From: an uncultured Gammaproteobacteria bacterium
GTDB lineage: Bacteria > Patescibacteriota > Microgenomatia > Daviesbacterales > UBA10151
Assembly: GCA_964551605.1 (NCBI GenBank)
Contig: CAZKCV010000003.1
Span: 15,474 to 79,473 of the forward strand
Length of the DNA stretch: 64,000 nt
Reading direction: 5' to 3'
The position numbers and the translations under genes were made by a program. The notes under the pieces were generated by a model. The model saw nothing but the letters and a program-made list of their open reading frames with translations, did not search any database and was not told where the DNA came from. Of this stretch, positions 34,491 to 43,424 are shown in pieces (position 1 is the stretch's first letter; the number at the start of each line of letters is the position of its first letter).

Positions 34491-37400
34491 TTATTTTGCC
34501 AGAATTGCCCGCCTCATTAATTCAGTCAAAAGCGTCCCATCCTGACCAAAGTAGTTCTCCTGTTTGCTCAACGGTGTCTTAGCTGTAAACGGTTCAAGCA
34601 CTGCCCTTATTAAAGGCATATTGATATTATAAACTGATTGTCCCTCAGGATGCGCTACCGCCCAATAAGCCATTCTCCTAATAGCAGTATCGCCGCTAAA
34701 TTTAGCTGCTAAAGGTACCTGGGAAGCAGTACCAACAAAGGCTAGGCTATTTCCGTAAATTGTCACCCTCTCCCATCTGTTTTCTATTTCGTCTATAGCT
34801 TTTTCATAGTCCCCTGCTTCTAATTTATCCCATTTCCTTTTTGACATAAGCCACAAAGACGAACTTTCGCTCTCTAGTCCTGAGTTGGATTGTGCAAGAG
34901 TATAATTATTTCTCCCAATAGTTTTGACTATTTTTTTGAAAATGCCCTCAAAATTAGGATTCTGGCCGACTTGCCCGCCGATTAAAACCGGACGGACTGC
35001 TTCTGCGCCCTTGGCTGCCTCTAACCAGCGCTCGGTCTGCAATTCATCCATGGCACCACTAAAATCTACTTCATAATCAAACCCGTGCGTCCTAAAGCCA
35101 TTATAAGTAGAAATAATGCCCCTTAATCCTCTGCTGCCGATACTATGATCTAAACCTCTGAAATTAGATTCCAGATATTTCAGAAAACCCCTACCACGGG
35201 CAGCCTGACCACGGTTCCATAAAGTCCAAAACCGCTGTTCAATCATCCTTCTGCCAATAAAAGGTGTGTTTCGGCGATTTTCCACATATTCTGCTTCCAC
35301 TTCCCCGTCTTTATACAAATCAGGCTGGTAAAAAGCCCCGAAAACTTTCACACTATCTACTGCAAAACAAAACCTTCTCTGGGTTTCCTGAGCCCGGAAG
35401 ATTCGTTTCCTTTTTTCATCGGGATCAGAAATGCCTTTTAATAAAGTATTATCCGGATCAATCAATCGTCTGGTTCTGGCCGGGTAGGTATTATAATGAG
35501 GGTGATCAGAGTTATAGGCGGCAGCGGTGATTTCCTGCGACATCAACAAGCTGCTGTAATTTTGATCATCAGTCATGGAAAAATTATACTGCGGATCAGC
35601 ATCTTCCCGATTGATAATATCGCGATAGCCAACAGAAGCTCTTTTTTGTGTTTCTCCCTTATGAACACTCAGAACCTGCTTATCTCTGGCAGCTTGTCTG
35701 CTGGCAAAATTAATCGGTAGTTGACTTTGAATTATTTCATTTTGGATTATTCCATCTATATCAGCAACAGTTAAATCACTTCCTTTTTCTTTTAATTTTT
35801 CCAAAACTTTTTCCTGAATGTCTTCCACTGTTTGAACATAAGTCGCATATTGTTGTTCTTCTTCTGTCAAAGTAATTAATCTTAATGACTCTTGGGCATT
35901 CTTCCCTAATTCACTGTCTTTTCCTTTATCACTGATCACCTTGTTAGATATTTTTCTAAATTCCAATTTATCAGCTATATCCACATATCTTAAACCGGCT
36001 CCCTCTTTGGTAGCAGAGGTAATTGCTTTGGCAATAGTTTCGGGCAAACTGGCGATGGCTCTTTCCCTGACAAATTTATTCAGGCGGACCACATCATTAT
36101 ATGCAAGTAATTCACCTTTACCCTTGCCGGGTATCTCATGCTTGGTGATCAGCAAGGCGCCGGCTTTTTCCGCACTGATGAAAAATACGTCTCTGGTCTT
36201 AATTGCCAAATCAACTGCCTGCCTGGCCCGGGAAATTTCCGGAAACATACGCAGTTCTTTCTCTGTTAATTTACCGCCATCTTCTAGTTTTTTAAGTAGC
36301 TCATCTCTAGCCAAAAATTGCCTTTCAGTTTCGCTTAGCTGTTCATTATTATTGTGCTTTAGCCATAATTCTGCTACTTTAGCATCATAGCCTGCCTTCG
36401 ACCCAAAACCCGCATATTCTGTGTAGAGACTTCTAAATTGTCTATCTGTCTGGTCAATTACTACCAGTTCCTCGGTTTTTTGATAAGGTCTAATCCGATC
36501 TAAAATCAGCATTTTTTTCTCTATATCCGTTAACTGATCTGTCACTGTGACAGTTTGGGGATCTTTTTGGTTTAAAGCCTTTAATTTATCATTAATTCTT
36601 TTTATTTCATCTAAATATTGGGAATTCTGGAATAACCTTGTAACAGAAAGGGGTTGATTAGTAACAGGATCAATGGCGTTTCTGTCAAAACCAAATCCAT
36701 CAATTTGCGTCTCAATACCGACAAAGTTTTCTCTGATTACCGTATCGATATCTTTAAGCTGTGACAAGGCAATTCTGACTTCTAATCTACGGCGCTCTTT
36801 TGCCCGATCAGACCATAATACTTCATCGTTTTGTCCGCTTGGATCTGAAAGAAATTCGGCCGGCCTGGAGAATTTATCATATTCTTCATCATTATCTAAA
36901 ATATCTGCCGCATGCATCACTTCGGCTTCATGAGCTTTGGCAATAGCATTTAACCTAATATTAATATGCTTACCGATTTCTGAAGTGATCTGGTGCCACT
37001 CAGGCACATTCCAACGGACAGCAAAATGATCAGATACATTAACCAATAAAGTGCCTTGTGCCCTAGCCACTTCACTAGATATCCTCTCTTCTTCCATTCC
37101 CATTTGACGGCCGGTACGCTGAATCTCCTCATTTAATCCGTAAGCATCCTGCCTCATTTGATCGGGCGTAAAAGTACTGCTTTCGCTGGTAGCAACCTGC
37201 AGAAAATGATCAATTCCTTTGACAATTTCCTCAGGAGTCCTGCCGGTTAAAACGATCCTGCCCCAACTTCTATCCCAAAATGGGTTTTTTTCGCGCTGCT
37301 CGTTTAATCTCTCATCTTCTCTGGTTCTGATTGACTCTATCAATCGATCACCTATTTCTGTAGGAGATAAAGCAACTCCTTTGAAAACTTTTTCTAGGGC

Positions 37401-38090
37401 TAAAGCCACCTTTGGAGCCAAGTAAGTTGCCACCCCCTTATGGCGCGCTTGCAAACCAGATAGATTCGGATCATTGTAGTCCCAAAATCTTTCCTGATAA
37501 TTATCCAGGGCCCCATGCACCATTGTAATTCTATCTGCATATGTTCGCCGAGATTCAGCGCCATGTTCATCCCGGTAACGGGAAGTAGACTCGGCCATCA
37601 CTTCCCTATACAACTGACTAATCTCCCCATAAAAGTGCCTTAAGGCGCCGCTATTGTTTGCATCATTAATTAAATCATTTATTTCCCGCTCATTTTGCCG
37701 AACTAAAGCATCGTATTCTGCTTGTCGGTCAATCCCTTGAGCCGGATCAACCGGAAGCTTATTACGGTCAACTTTGGCCAATTGTTTCTGGCGGTCAACT
37801 GCCAACTCAAACTCTGAAAGAGCGGGAGGTTTTTCCACTTGAGCCTGCAGGATCCATTCCGGTTCTCCGGCGCCGCCGGCTACCTTAGGAAAGCGGCGTA
37901 CTTCTTTTGCGAGGCCGGTTGTTGAATCGATCTGCAGTGGATCAGCAACAATAACATAATTACCTTCCTGCCGCGTTTGATAATCTTCCCGCTTCGGGTC
38001 ATACCCCCCCTCTTTGATCACCCCTTGAGAGGGTACTTGCGTAGGATTAACAGCCGGTGTATTTTCTGCCATACTTTCTATTCTAGTCAT
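34491..38090 (-). CDS. large (1199 aa) soluble hypothetical protein within the T4SS-like island
   Basis: Long uninterrupted ORF with no TM segments and no P-loop or relaxase histidine triad. Charged, coiled-coil-rich middle section and a Gly/Arg-rich C-terminal domain. Confidence 0.6.
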   Translation of the reverse strand: MTRIESMAENTPAVNPTQVPSQGVIKEGGYDPKREDYQTRQEGNYVIVADPLQIDSTTGLAKEVRRFPKVAGGAGEPEWILQAQVEKPPALSEFELAVDRQKQLAKVDRNKLPVDPAQGIDRQAEYDALVRQNEREINDLINDANNSGALRHFYGEISQLYREVMAESTSRYRDEHGAESRRTYADRITMVHGALDNYQERFWDYNDPNLSGLQARHKGVATYLAPKVALALEKVFKGVALSPTEIGDRLIESIRTREDERLNEQREKNPFWDRSWGRIVLTGRTPEEIVKGIDHFLQVATSESSTFTPDQMRQDAYGLNEEIQRTGRQMGMEEERISSEVARAQGTLLVNVSDHFAVRWNVPEWHQITSEIGKHINIRLNAIAKAHEAEVMHAADILDNDEEYDKFSRPAEFLSDPSGQNDEVLWSDRAKERRRLEVRIALSQLKDIDTVIRENFVGIETQIDGFGFDRNAIDPVTNQPLSVTRLFQNSQYLDEIKRINDKLKALNQKDPQTVTVTDQLTDIEKKMLILDRIRPYQKTEELVVIDQTDRQFRSLYTEYAGFGSKAGYDAKVAELWLKHNNNEQLSETERQFLARDELLKKLEDGGKLTEKELRMFPEISRARQAVDLAIKTRDVFFISAEKAGALLITKHEIPGKGKGELLAYNDVVRLNKFVRERAIASLPETIAKAITSATKEGAGLRYVDIADKLEFRKISNKVISDKGKDSELGKNAQESLRLITLTEEEQQYATYVQTVEDIQEKVLEKLKEKGSDLTVADIDGIIQNEIIQSQLPINFASRQAARDKQVLSVHKGETQKRASVGYRDIINREDADPQYNFSMTDDQNYSSLLMSQEITAAAYNSDHPHYNTYPARTRRLIDPDNTLLKGISDPDEKRKRIFRAQETQRRFCFAVDSVKVFGAFYQPDLYKDGEVEAEYVENRRNTPFIGRRMIEQRFWTLWNRGQAARGRGFLKYLESNFRGLDHSIGSRGLRGIISTYNGFRTHGFDYEVDFSGAMDELQTERWLEAAKGAEAVRPVLIGGQVGQNPNFEGIFKKIVKTIGRNNYTLAQSNSGLESESSSLWLMSKRKWDKLEAGDYEKAIDEIENRWERVTIYGNSLAFVGTASQVPLAAKFSGDTAIRRMAYWAVAHPEGQSVYNINMPLIRAVLEPFTAKTPLSKQENYFGQDGTLLTELMRRAILAK

Positions 38091-38177
38091 AAATTCCTTT
38101 CTCTGGCAAGTTTATACAATACGATCTTTAACTGCTTGATTAAATTCTAATAAAATCCTGACGAAGTGCTTCTTAAA

Positions 38178-39110
38178 TTAGCCGCATCTTTTGACAGCTC
38201 TGCATTTGGGACAACTATCCCCGGCCCTGACTATACAATTTATTTCTTCTTGGCAAATCGGACATACCCGGCAAAAATCAGAGTCTTTACCGCTGGAACC
38301 TGATGAACCCCCATAAGAAATAGCGTTTTCCGAAACAACCTGAAAGCCGGTTCTGCCACCACTACCAGATCGCGGCGGACAACTGCCACCCTGTAAGCCC
38401 AGTATTTGCATAACGGCCTTTTTTGCCTCATCTGAATAAGATAATCTCGAATCAGTAAAAAACTGTTTTTGGACCATTGCAGCCCGCCTCAAGGCTTCTT
38501 TTTTATATTCTTTATCTTCCCCATTTCTGATCATTGTCCAAACTTTGGGAGCATCAATTAATTTTTCCAGAATATCAACCCAGGATTTTTTCTCTTCATC
38601 TAAAATTAAAGGGGTCGCCCTGATCCCGTCTGAACTCCGAAATATAGGTTTATTAAGGCTAAAGCTGGTTAAATTCCAGGCAAATTTCATACACTGCTCT
38701 TCATTAAAATCCAGCACAATCGCCCGGTTAAATACTTTTTTAACTCCTGCTTCATAAATAATTTCCTGAACAATTATCTTAGAAGTAGGATAAACCCCTG
38801 CTTTTGGCGGACTAATCCAAATAGAAGCCCCTTTTTTATTAGCAGCAGCCCATTGTTCGTTTGCTAATACAGCCTGATATTCTAGTTGCCCCAACAGACT
38901 GGTTTTATCATCAATAGTAGCTTTCACCAGACACTGACCGATCGGCGAGAATAATTCTCCGCTTGCTGTAATCGAATAAAAATAAGGATCAGGAATCCGG
39001 TAAGTCTCTTGGCTTAAAGAAGCCAGATATTCAGCAAATTGCGCGGCGGTGGTGTTTCGTAAACCGGGAATATTTTCGGTAGCCGTTCGCTCTTGTTCTA
39101 ATACTGGCAT
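38178..39110 (-). CDS. hypothetical protein with C-terminal 4-Cys zinc ribbon
   Basis: Preferred start is MPVLEQ (39110), preceded by a GGAG Shine-Dalgarno. The C-terminus reads CRVCPICQEE...CPKCRAVKRCG. A Gly/Ser-rich linker precedes the Zn ribbon. Confidence 0.5.
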   Translation of the reverse strand: MPVLEQERTATENIPGLRNTTAAQFAEYLASLSQETYRIPDPYFYSITASGELFSPIGQCLVKATIDDKTSLLGQLEYQAVLANEQWAAANKKGASIWISPPKAGVYPTSKIIVQEIIYEAGVKKVFNRAIVLDFNEEQCMKFAWNLTSFSLNKPIFRSSDGIRATPLILDEEKKSWVDILEKLIDAPKVWTMIRNGEDKEYKKEALRRAAMVQKQFFTDSRLSYSDEAKKAVMQILGLQGGSCPPRSGSGGRTGFQVVSENAISYGGSSGSSGKDSDFCRVCPICQEEINCIVRAGDSCPKCRAVKRCG

Positions 39111-39454
39111 ATAACTCCTGCTCGGGATAAAAAATTGTGGTCGGTCTCCTGACTTTACCCTTCGATTCCACTCAGGGTTATAACAGTTGCGGCACAGTCT
39201 CTGATTTACACAGAGTTCCCTTAAGAGCGAAGCTTGCAAGCTCCGCTTATTGTACTTTGAGTTCAATTCTGAACCTAGTACACCACCATCCCAGCATAGC
39301 CGGAGAATTATCAATTTTCAAGTCCCAATTTTCTCCACTGATTTAATCTGATCTTGTCCGAATTGATCTGTTTTGTGCCGCTTGCCAATACTTTTTTCAC
39401 GTTGTATAACAGTGATGAGTTCGTAGTTGGTAGTTCGTAGTACTAAGTTATAAA

Positions 39455-39823
39455 ATGACTAACTTCAATTTTCAAAACCTGAGCGTCTATAAAAAATCCC
39501 TGGATTTTTGTGAGCAGATTTATCAAACTACAAAGACATGGCCTAAGGAATACTCGTTTGATATAACAAGCCAACTAAGAAGAGCTTCGCTGTCAATATC
39601 TTTAAATATAGCAGAAGGCACAAGCAGGACGAAAAAGGAATTCAGCAGGTTTCTTGATATTGCCCGTGGTTCATGTTTCGAATGCGTTGCATTAATAGAA
39701 ATAGGTGTGAAATTAACCCTTATAGAAAATACTCTGAAAGCTAGATTTCTCATGGATCTAGAAGAATTATCTAAAATGCTTTCCGGTCTTAAGAAATCTA
39801 TGAACTATGAACTCAAGGCGTGA
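39455..39823 (+). CDS. four-helix-bundle protein (23S rRNA IVS protein family), second copy
   Basis: 122 aa. NLSVYKKSLDFCEQIYQ...LRRASLSISLNIAEGTSRTKKEFSRFLDIARGSCFECVALIEI matches TIGR02436-type proteins. Confidence 0.75.
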   Translation: MTNFNFQNLSVYKKSLDFCEQIYQTTKTWPKEYSFDITSQLRRASLSISLNIAEGTSRTKKEFSRFLDIARGSCFECVALIEIGVKLTLIENTLKARFLMDLEELSKMLSGLKKSMNYELKA

Positions 39824-39845
39824 AACGCCGTACTAATAACAAACT

Positions 39846-40904
39846 ATGGATGCCCACCCTATCCCTCAAAACGTAACCTCTTTCCAATTCAAACTGGTAG
39901 GAGATATGACCTTGAAGCAATTTGCCTACCTGGCTACCGGTGCCGCCGCCGCTTACATTACCTTTGTATTTTTTACCAAAGACTACCCTTTTTTTGCCTG
40001 GCCTCTGACAATTTTATTTGCCGGCTCAGGAGCAGTCTTTGCCTTTTTGCCGATCGGTTCCCGCCCCCTGGATTATTGGACCAAGGCTTTCTTAAAGGCC
40101 GTTTACTCACCCACCAAAAGAGTCTGGAAGAAAAACGGAAAAACCTTCAGGGATGATCCTTTATTTAAGAGCCGGCTGGCTATGTATCTGGCCGGGACAC
40201 AACTGCCTCAACCGATAATTGATAATCCGCTGCTGGCTCCAGCGGAAAACGGCAAGCCAAAGACGGAAGACATTTCTTTACCCCTGGTTAATAAACCCGG
40301 CCCACCACTCCCCACGCCGGACGCTTTGAAAAAAACCGTGGACCTGGCCAGGGAGGCCCAACAAGTCCAGATGCAAATCATTCAAACAGAGAGAACCCTT
40401 TCCCAAATCAAATCCCAGGCTCAAAAACCCACTCCCATTCCCGTAGACTATAGCCAGCAGGTTAATAAGGTTTTATCTGACTTACAGGGCCTGATGAGCC
40501 ATGCCTCAGAGGTCAAGCAACAAATTCAAACTATCCAGACACCGCCACAAAAGGCTCCGGAAAGCATCCCGGCAGTCAGCCGGGAAAAAGTTAAAGTGGT
40601 AGCTTCACAAAAGGCTCAACCAGTGCCTATCACCTTAACCACCTTTCCGAATGTAATTAATGGCATTGTCAAGGATAAAAGCAATAATTACCTGGATGGT
40701 GTGGTGGCCGTTATCTATGATAAAGATGGTCTGCCGGTTAGAGCACTGAAAACTAATAAATTAGGCCAGTTTACCGGCTCCACCCCGCTTTTGGACGGAA
40801 CTTATACTTTGGAACTGGAAAAAGAAGGCTTTACCTTTGATGTTTTACAAATTGAATTAGCAGGACAAGTCATGCCGCCGCTGACGATTACGGCTAAGGG
40901 ATAA
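39846..40904 (+). CDS. membrane protein with two N-terminal TM helices, Pro-rich linker and C-terminal beta-sandwich (carboxypeptidase-regulatory/Big-like) domain; possible VirB3/VirB8-analogous T4SS component
   Basis: 352 aa. TM helices (LATGAAAAYITFVFF, FAWPLTILFAGSGAVFAFL); C-terminal region NGIVKDKSNNYLDGVVAVIYDKDGLPV...GTYTLELEKEGF. Confidence 0.4.
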   Translation: MDAHPIPQNVTSFQFKLVGDMTLKQFAYLATGAAAAYITFVFFTKDYPFFAWPLTILFAGSGAVFAFLPIGSRPLDYWTKAFLKAVYSPTKRVWKKNGKTFRDDPLFKSRLAMYLAGTQLPQPIIDNPLLAPAENGKPKTEDISLPLVNKPGPPLPTPDALKKTVDLAREAQQVQMQIIQTERTLSQIKSQAQKPTPIPVDYSQQVNKVLSDLQGLMSHASEVKQQIQTIQTPPQKAPESIPAVSREKVKVVASQKAQPVPITLTTFPNVINGIVKDKSNNYLDGVVAVIYDKDGLPVRALKTNKLGQFTGSTPLLDGTYTLELEKEGFTFDVLQIELAGQVMPPLTITAKG

Positions 40905-40914
40905 TACCAATACA

Positions 40915-41655
40915 ATGAACACTACACAACAACATCTGGCTGTTAGGGATATTCACGGTGACATTCTGATTCTCAAAGACGGCGGAGGCGCCCTGGTGCT
41001 GCAGGTTTCAGCTGTTAATTTTGGCTTGCTTTCCGAACGTGAACAGATGGCCATTATCCAAAGTTTTGCCCAAATGCTTAATTCGTTATCTTTTAGCCTG
41101 CAGATTGTCATTCATTCCGAAAGGCTTAACTTAAGCTCTTATCTGACGCTTTTGGAAAAAGCCCAAAAAGCTCAGACTAATCCGCTGCTGTCGCAAATGA
41201 TTACCGACTATAAACAATTCATACAAAGTGTAGTTAAAGACATGGAAGTACTGGATAAAAAATTTTATATTATCATTCCTCTGTTTAGCATAGAACTAGG
41301 TCTAACTGCCTCCAAAGCTAATTTAGAACAAAAAATTAAAACCGTACTCACGCCCAGAAAAGATCAGGTCATCAGACAACTGCAGCGGGTAGGACTGCAG
41401 GCTGTTCAATTAGACAAAGCAAAATTAATTGAGGTTTTCTATGATATCTATAACGGAGAACAAATCCAGCCGGCTGAATCAGTTCAACTACAGGACCTGG
41501 CAGTCAGGCTCAAAAATCCGCAACCCAGTCAAGCCGGTCCGCAAGCCAATATACCGCCACCTATCCAACAACCCACTCCTCAACCAGTTCAGGCACCAAC
41601 TGCCACCCAAACAGCAAGAAACCATCCTTTTATTGTAGAGGAGCTGGAAGCATGA
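40915..41655 (+). CDS. VirB4/TrbE N-terminal domain protein (split from the ATPase domain)
   Basis: 246 aa. LAVRDIHGDILILKDGGGALVLQVSAVNFGLLSEREQMAIIQSFAQMLNSL matches the VirB4/TrbE N-terminal pattern. Ends in a Pro/Gln-rich tail and overlaps the next ORF by 4 nt (ATGA). Confidence 0.5.
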   Translation: MNTTQQHLAVRDIHGDILILKDGGGALVLQVSAVNFGLLSEREQMAIIQSFAQMLNSLSFSLQIVIHSERLNLSSYLTLLEKAQKAQTNPLLSQMITDYKQFIQSVVKDMEVLDKKFYIIIPLFSIELGLTASKANLEQKIKTVLTPRKDQVIRQLQRVGLQAVQLDKAKLIEVFYDIYNGEQIQPAESVQLQDLAVRLKNPQPSQAGPQANIPPPIQQPTPQPVQAPTATQTARNHPFIVEELEA

Positions 41656-43409
41656 AACTACCAAGTTTACTTAAAAAAACAAAGCAAACTGATCCGGCGA
41701 TTCCTCAGTTAACTCTGGAGGATGTTCTGGCACCGGCTGAACTGGAAGTAGATTTTAACTACCTAAAAGTAGACGGCCGCTTTTTCAGAACCTATTTTGT
41801 GTCTAATTATCCCCGCTATGTTGATCCCAACTGGCTGGAGCCGTTAATTTCCTTTGACCATACCCTGCTCATTTCCATGTTTATTTATCCTTCCCAATCA
41901 CAAGGGGTGCTGGATGAGCTTAAACGCAAGGTAGCTGAGATGGAAGCCACCATCCAAACAGACCTGGAGCGGGGCCGGGCTATTGACCCGGCAGTAGAAG
42001 TCGCTTTAGAAGATGCCAGGGGCTTGCAGGACCAGCTGGTCAGGGGGGTAGAGCGGTTTTTCCAGTTTGGTCTCTATATTTGTGTACCGGCTGCTTCCCT
42101 GGAAGAGCTGCAAAATACTTCCAAGCTCGTGGAATCTACTTTAGCGGCTCTTTCCATTACCGCCAAACAGGTCATCTTGCAAATGGAGGACGGGTTTAAG
42201 TCCTGCCTGCCCCAGGGTCAGGATTTATTAAACCTAAACCATAATATGGACACCACCTCCCTGGCTACTACTTTTCCCTTTGCCTCATCAGAATTGACTG
42301 CCAACGAAGGTATTATGTACGGAATTAATGAGCATAACGGCTCGCTGATTTTATTTGACAGGTTTAGTTTGGAAAACTTTAATTCAGTTATTTTTGCCAA
42401 AGCCGGGGCCGGCAAATCATACTTTGTAAAACTGGAGGCCTTAAGATCATTAATGTTCGGAGCGGAAATTATCGTCATTGATCCTGAACAGGAATACCTA
42501 CCCCTCTGCCAGGCAGTCGGAGGTGAATATATTAACTTTTCCGCCTCATCACCGGTAAAAATCAATCCCTTTGACATGTCAGGCGAACTGGTACCCGGGG
42601 AAAATGAGCTGGGCCGAAAAATCTTATCTTTAACCAGCTTCTTAAGGATTGTTTTAGGCAACTTAAACGCCCAGGAAACAGCGGTTTTAGACCGGGCCCT
42701 AAAACAAACCTATCAATTAAAAGGCATTACTGATAATCCGGAAACCCAAAATAAAATCCCGCCCTTAATGGAGGATTTATATAAAGTCTTAATCGGGATG
42801 GAAGAAGGCCCGACCATGGAGCTGGCTGCCAGATTAGAGCGCTTCATTAAAGGCTCATTGACCGGTATTTTTTCTGCCCACTCCAATATTGACCTTAAAA
42901 ATTCCTTTACTGTCTTTTCTGTCCGGGATTTGCCGGATCAGCTGCGGCCCTTAGCCATCCATATGATTTTGGAATATGTCTGGACCAAAATCAGGGGGAA
43001 GCTTAAAAAAAGATTATTAATCGTAGATGAAGCCTGGTATTTAATGAGAAACCAGGATTCGGCTGACTTTTTAGTGGATATGGCCAAAAGGGCCAGGAAA
43101 TATTATCTGGGGCTAACTACTATTACTCAGGATGTCGAGGATTTTCTGGCCACTGAGCGGGGCAAGGAAATTATCTCCAACTCCTCCATCCAGGTACTCT
43201 TAAAACAAGCTCCGGCTTCTATTGACCTTTTGGCGGAAGTTTTTAATTTATCAGAAGGGGAACAAAGGCTGCTCATGTCAGAAGGAGTAGGTGAAGGAAT
43301 ATTCTTTGCCGGTAATACCCATGTCGCTATGAGGGTGGTGGCCTCCTCCAACGAGCATGAATTAATTACCACCAGCCCCCAGGAGATCCTGGCCAGACAA
43401 GAAGAATAA
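41652..43409 (+). CDS. VirB4/TrbE-family T4SS ATPase (central and C-terminal ATPase domains)
   Basis: 585 aa. Walker A FAKAGAGKSYFVK, Walker B RLLIVDEAWYLM, and a VirB4-like mid region (RTYFVSNYPRYVDPNWLEPLI). Confidence 0.8.
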   Translation: MKLPSLLKKTKQTDPAIPQLTLEDVLAPAELEVDFNYLKVDGRFFRTYFVSNYPRYVDPNWLEPLISFDHTLLISMFIYPSQSQGVLDELKRKVAEMEATIQTDLERGRAIDPAVEVALEDARGLQDQLVRGVERFFQFGLYICVPAASLEELQNTSKLVESTLAALSITAKQVILQMEDGFKSCLPQGQDLLNLNHNMDTTSLATTFPFASSELTANEGIMYGINEHNGSLILFDRFSLENFNSVIFAKAGAGKSYFVKLEALRSLMFGAEIIVIDPEQEYLPLCQAVGGEYINFSASSPVKINPFDMSGELVPGENELGRKILSLTSFLRIVLGNLNAQETAVLDRALKQTYQLKGITDNPETQNKIPPLMEDLYKVLIGMEEGPTMELAARLERFIKGSLTGIFSAHSNIDLKNSFTVFSVRDLPDQLRPLAIHMILEYVWTKIRGKLKKRLLIVDEAWYLMRNQDSADFLVDMAKRARKYYLGLTTITQDVEDFLATERGKEIISNSSIQVLLKQAPASIDLLAEVFNLSEGEQRLLMSEGVGEGIFFAGNTHVAMRVVASSNEHELITTSPQEILARQEE

Positions 43410-43424
43410 TGATAATCTAAACTT

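Noticed and set aside
34491-38090. Large protein as VirD4 coupling protein or relaxase
   Set aside because: There is no Walker A P-loop (GxxxxGK[ST]) and no relaxase histidine triad or catalytic Tyr motif in the translation. It is kept as a hypothetical protein.
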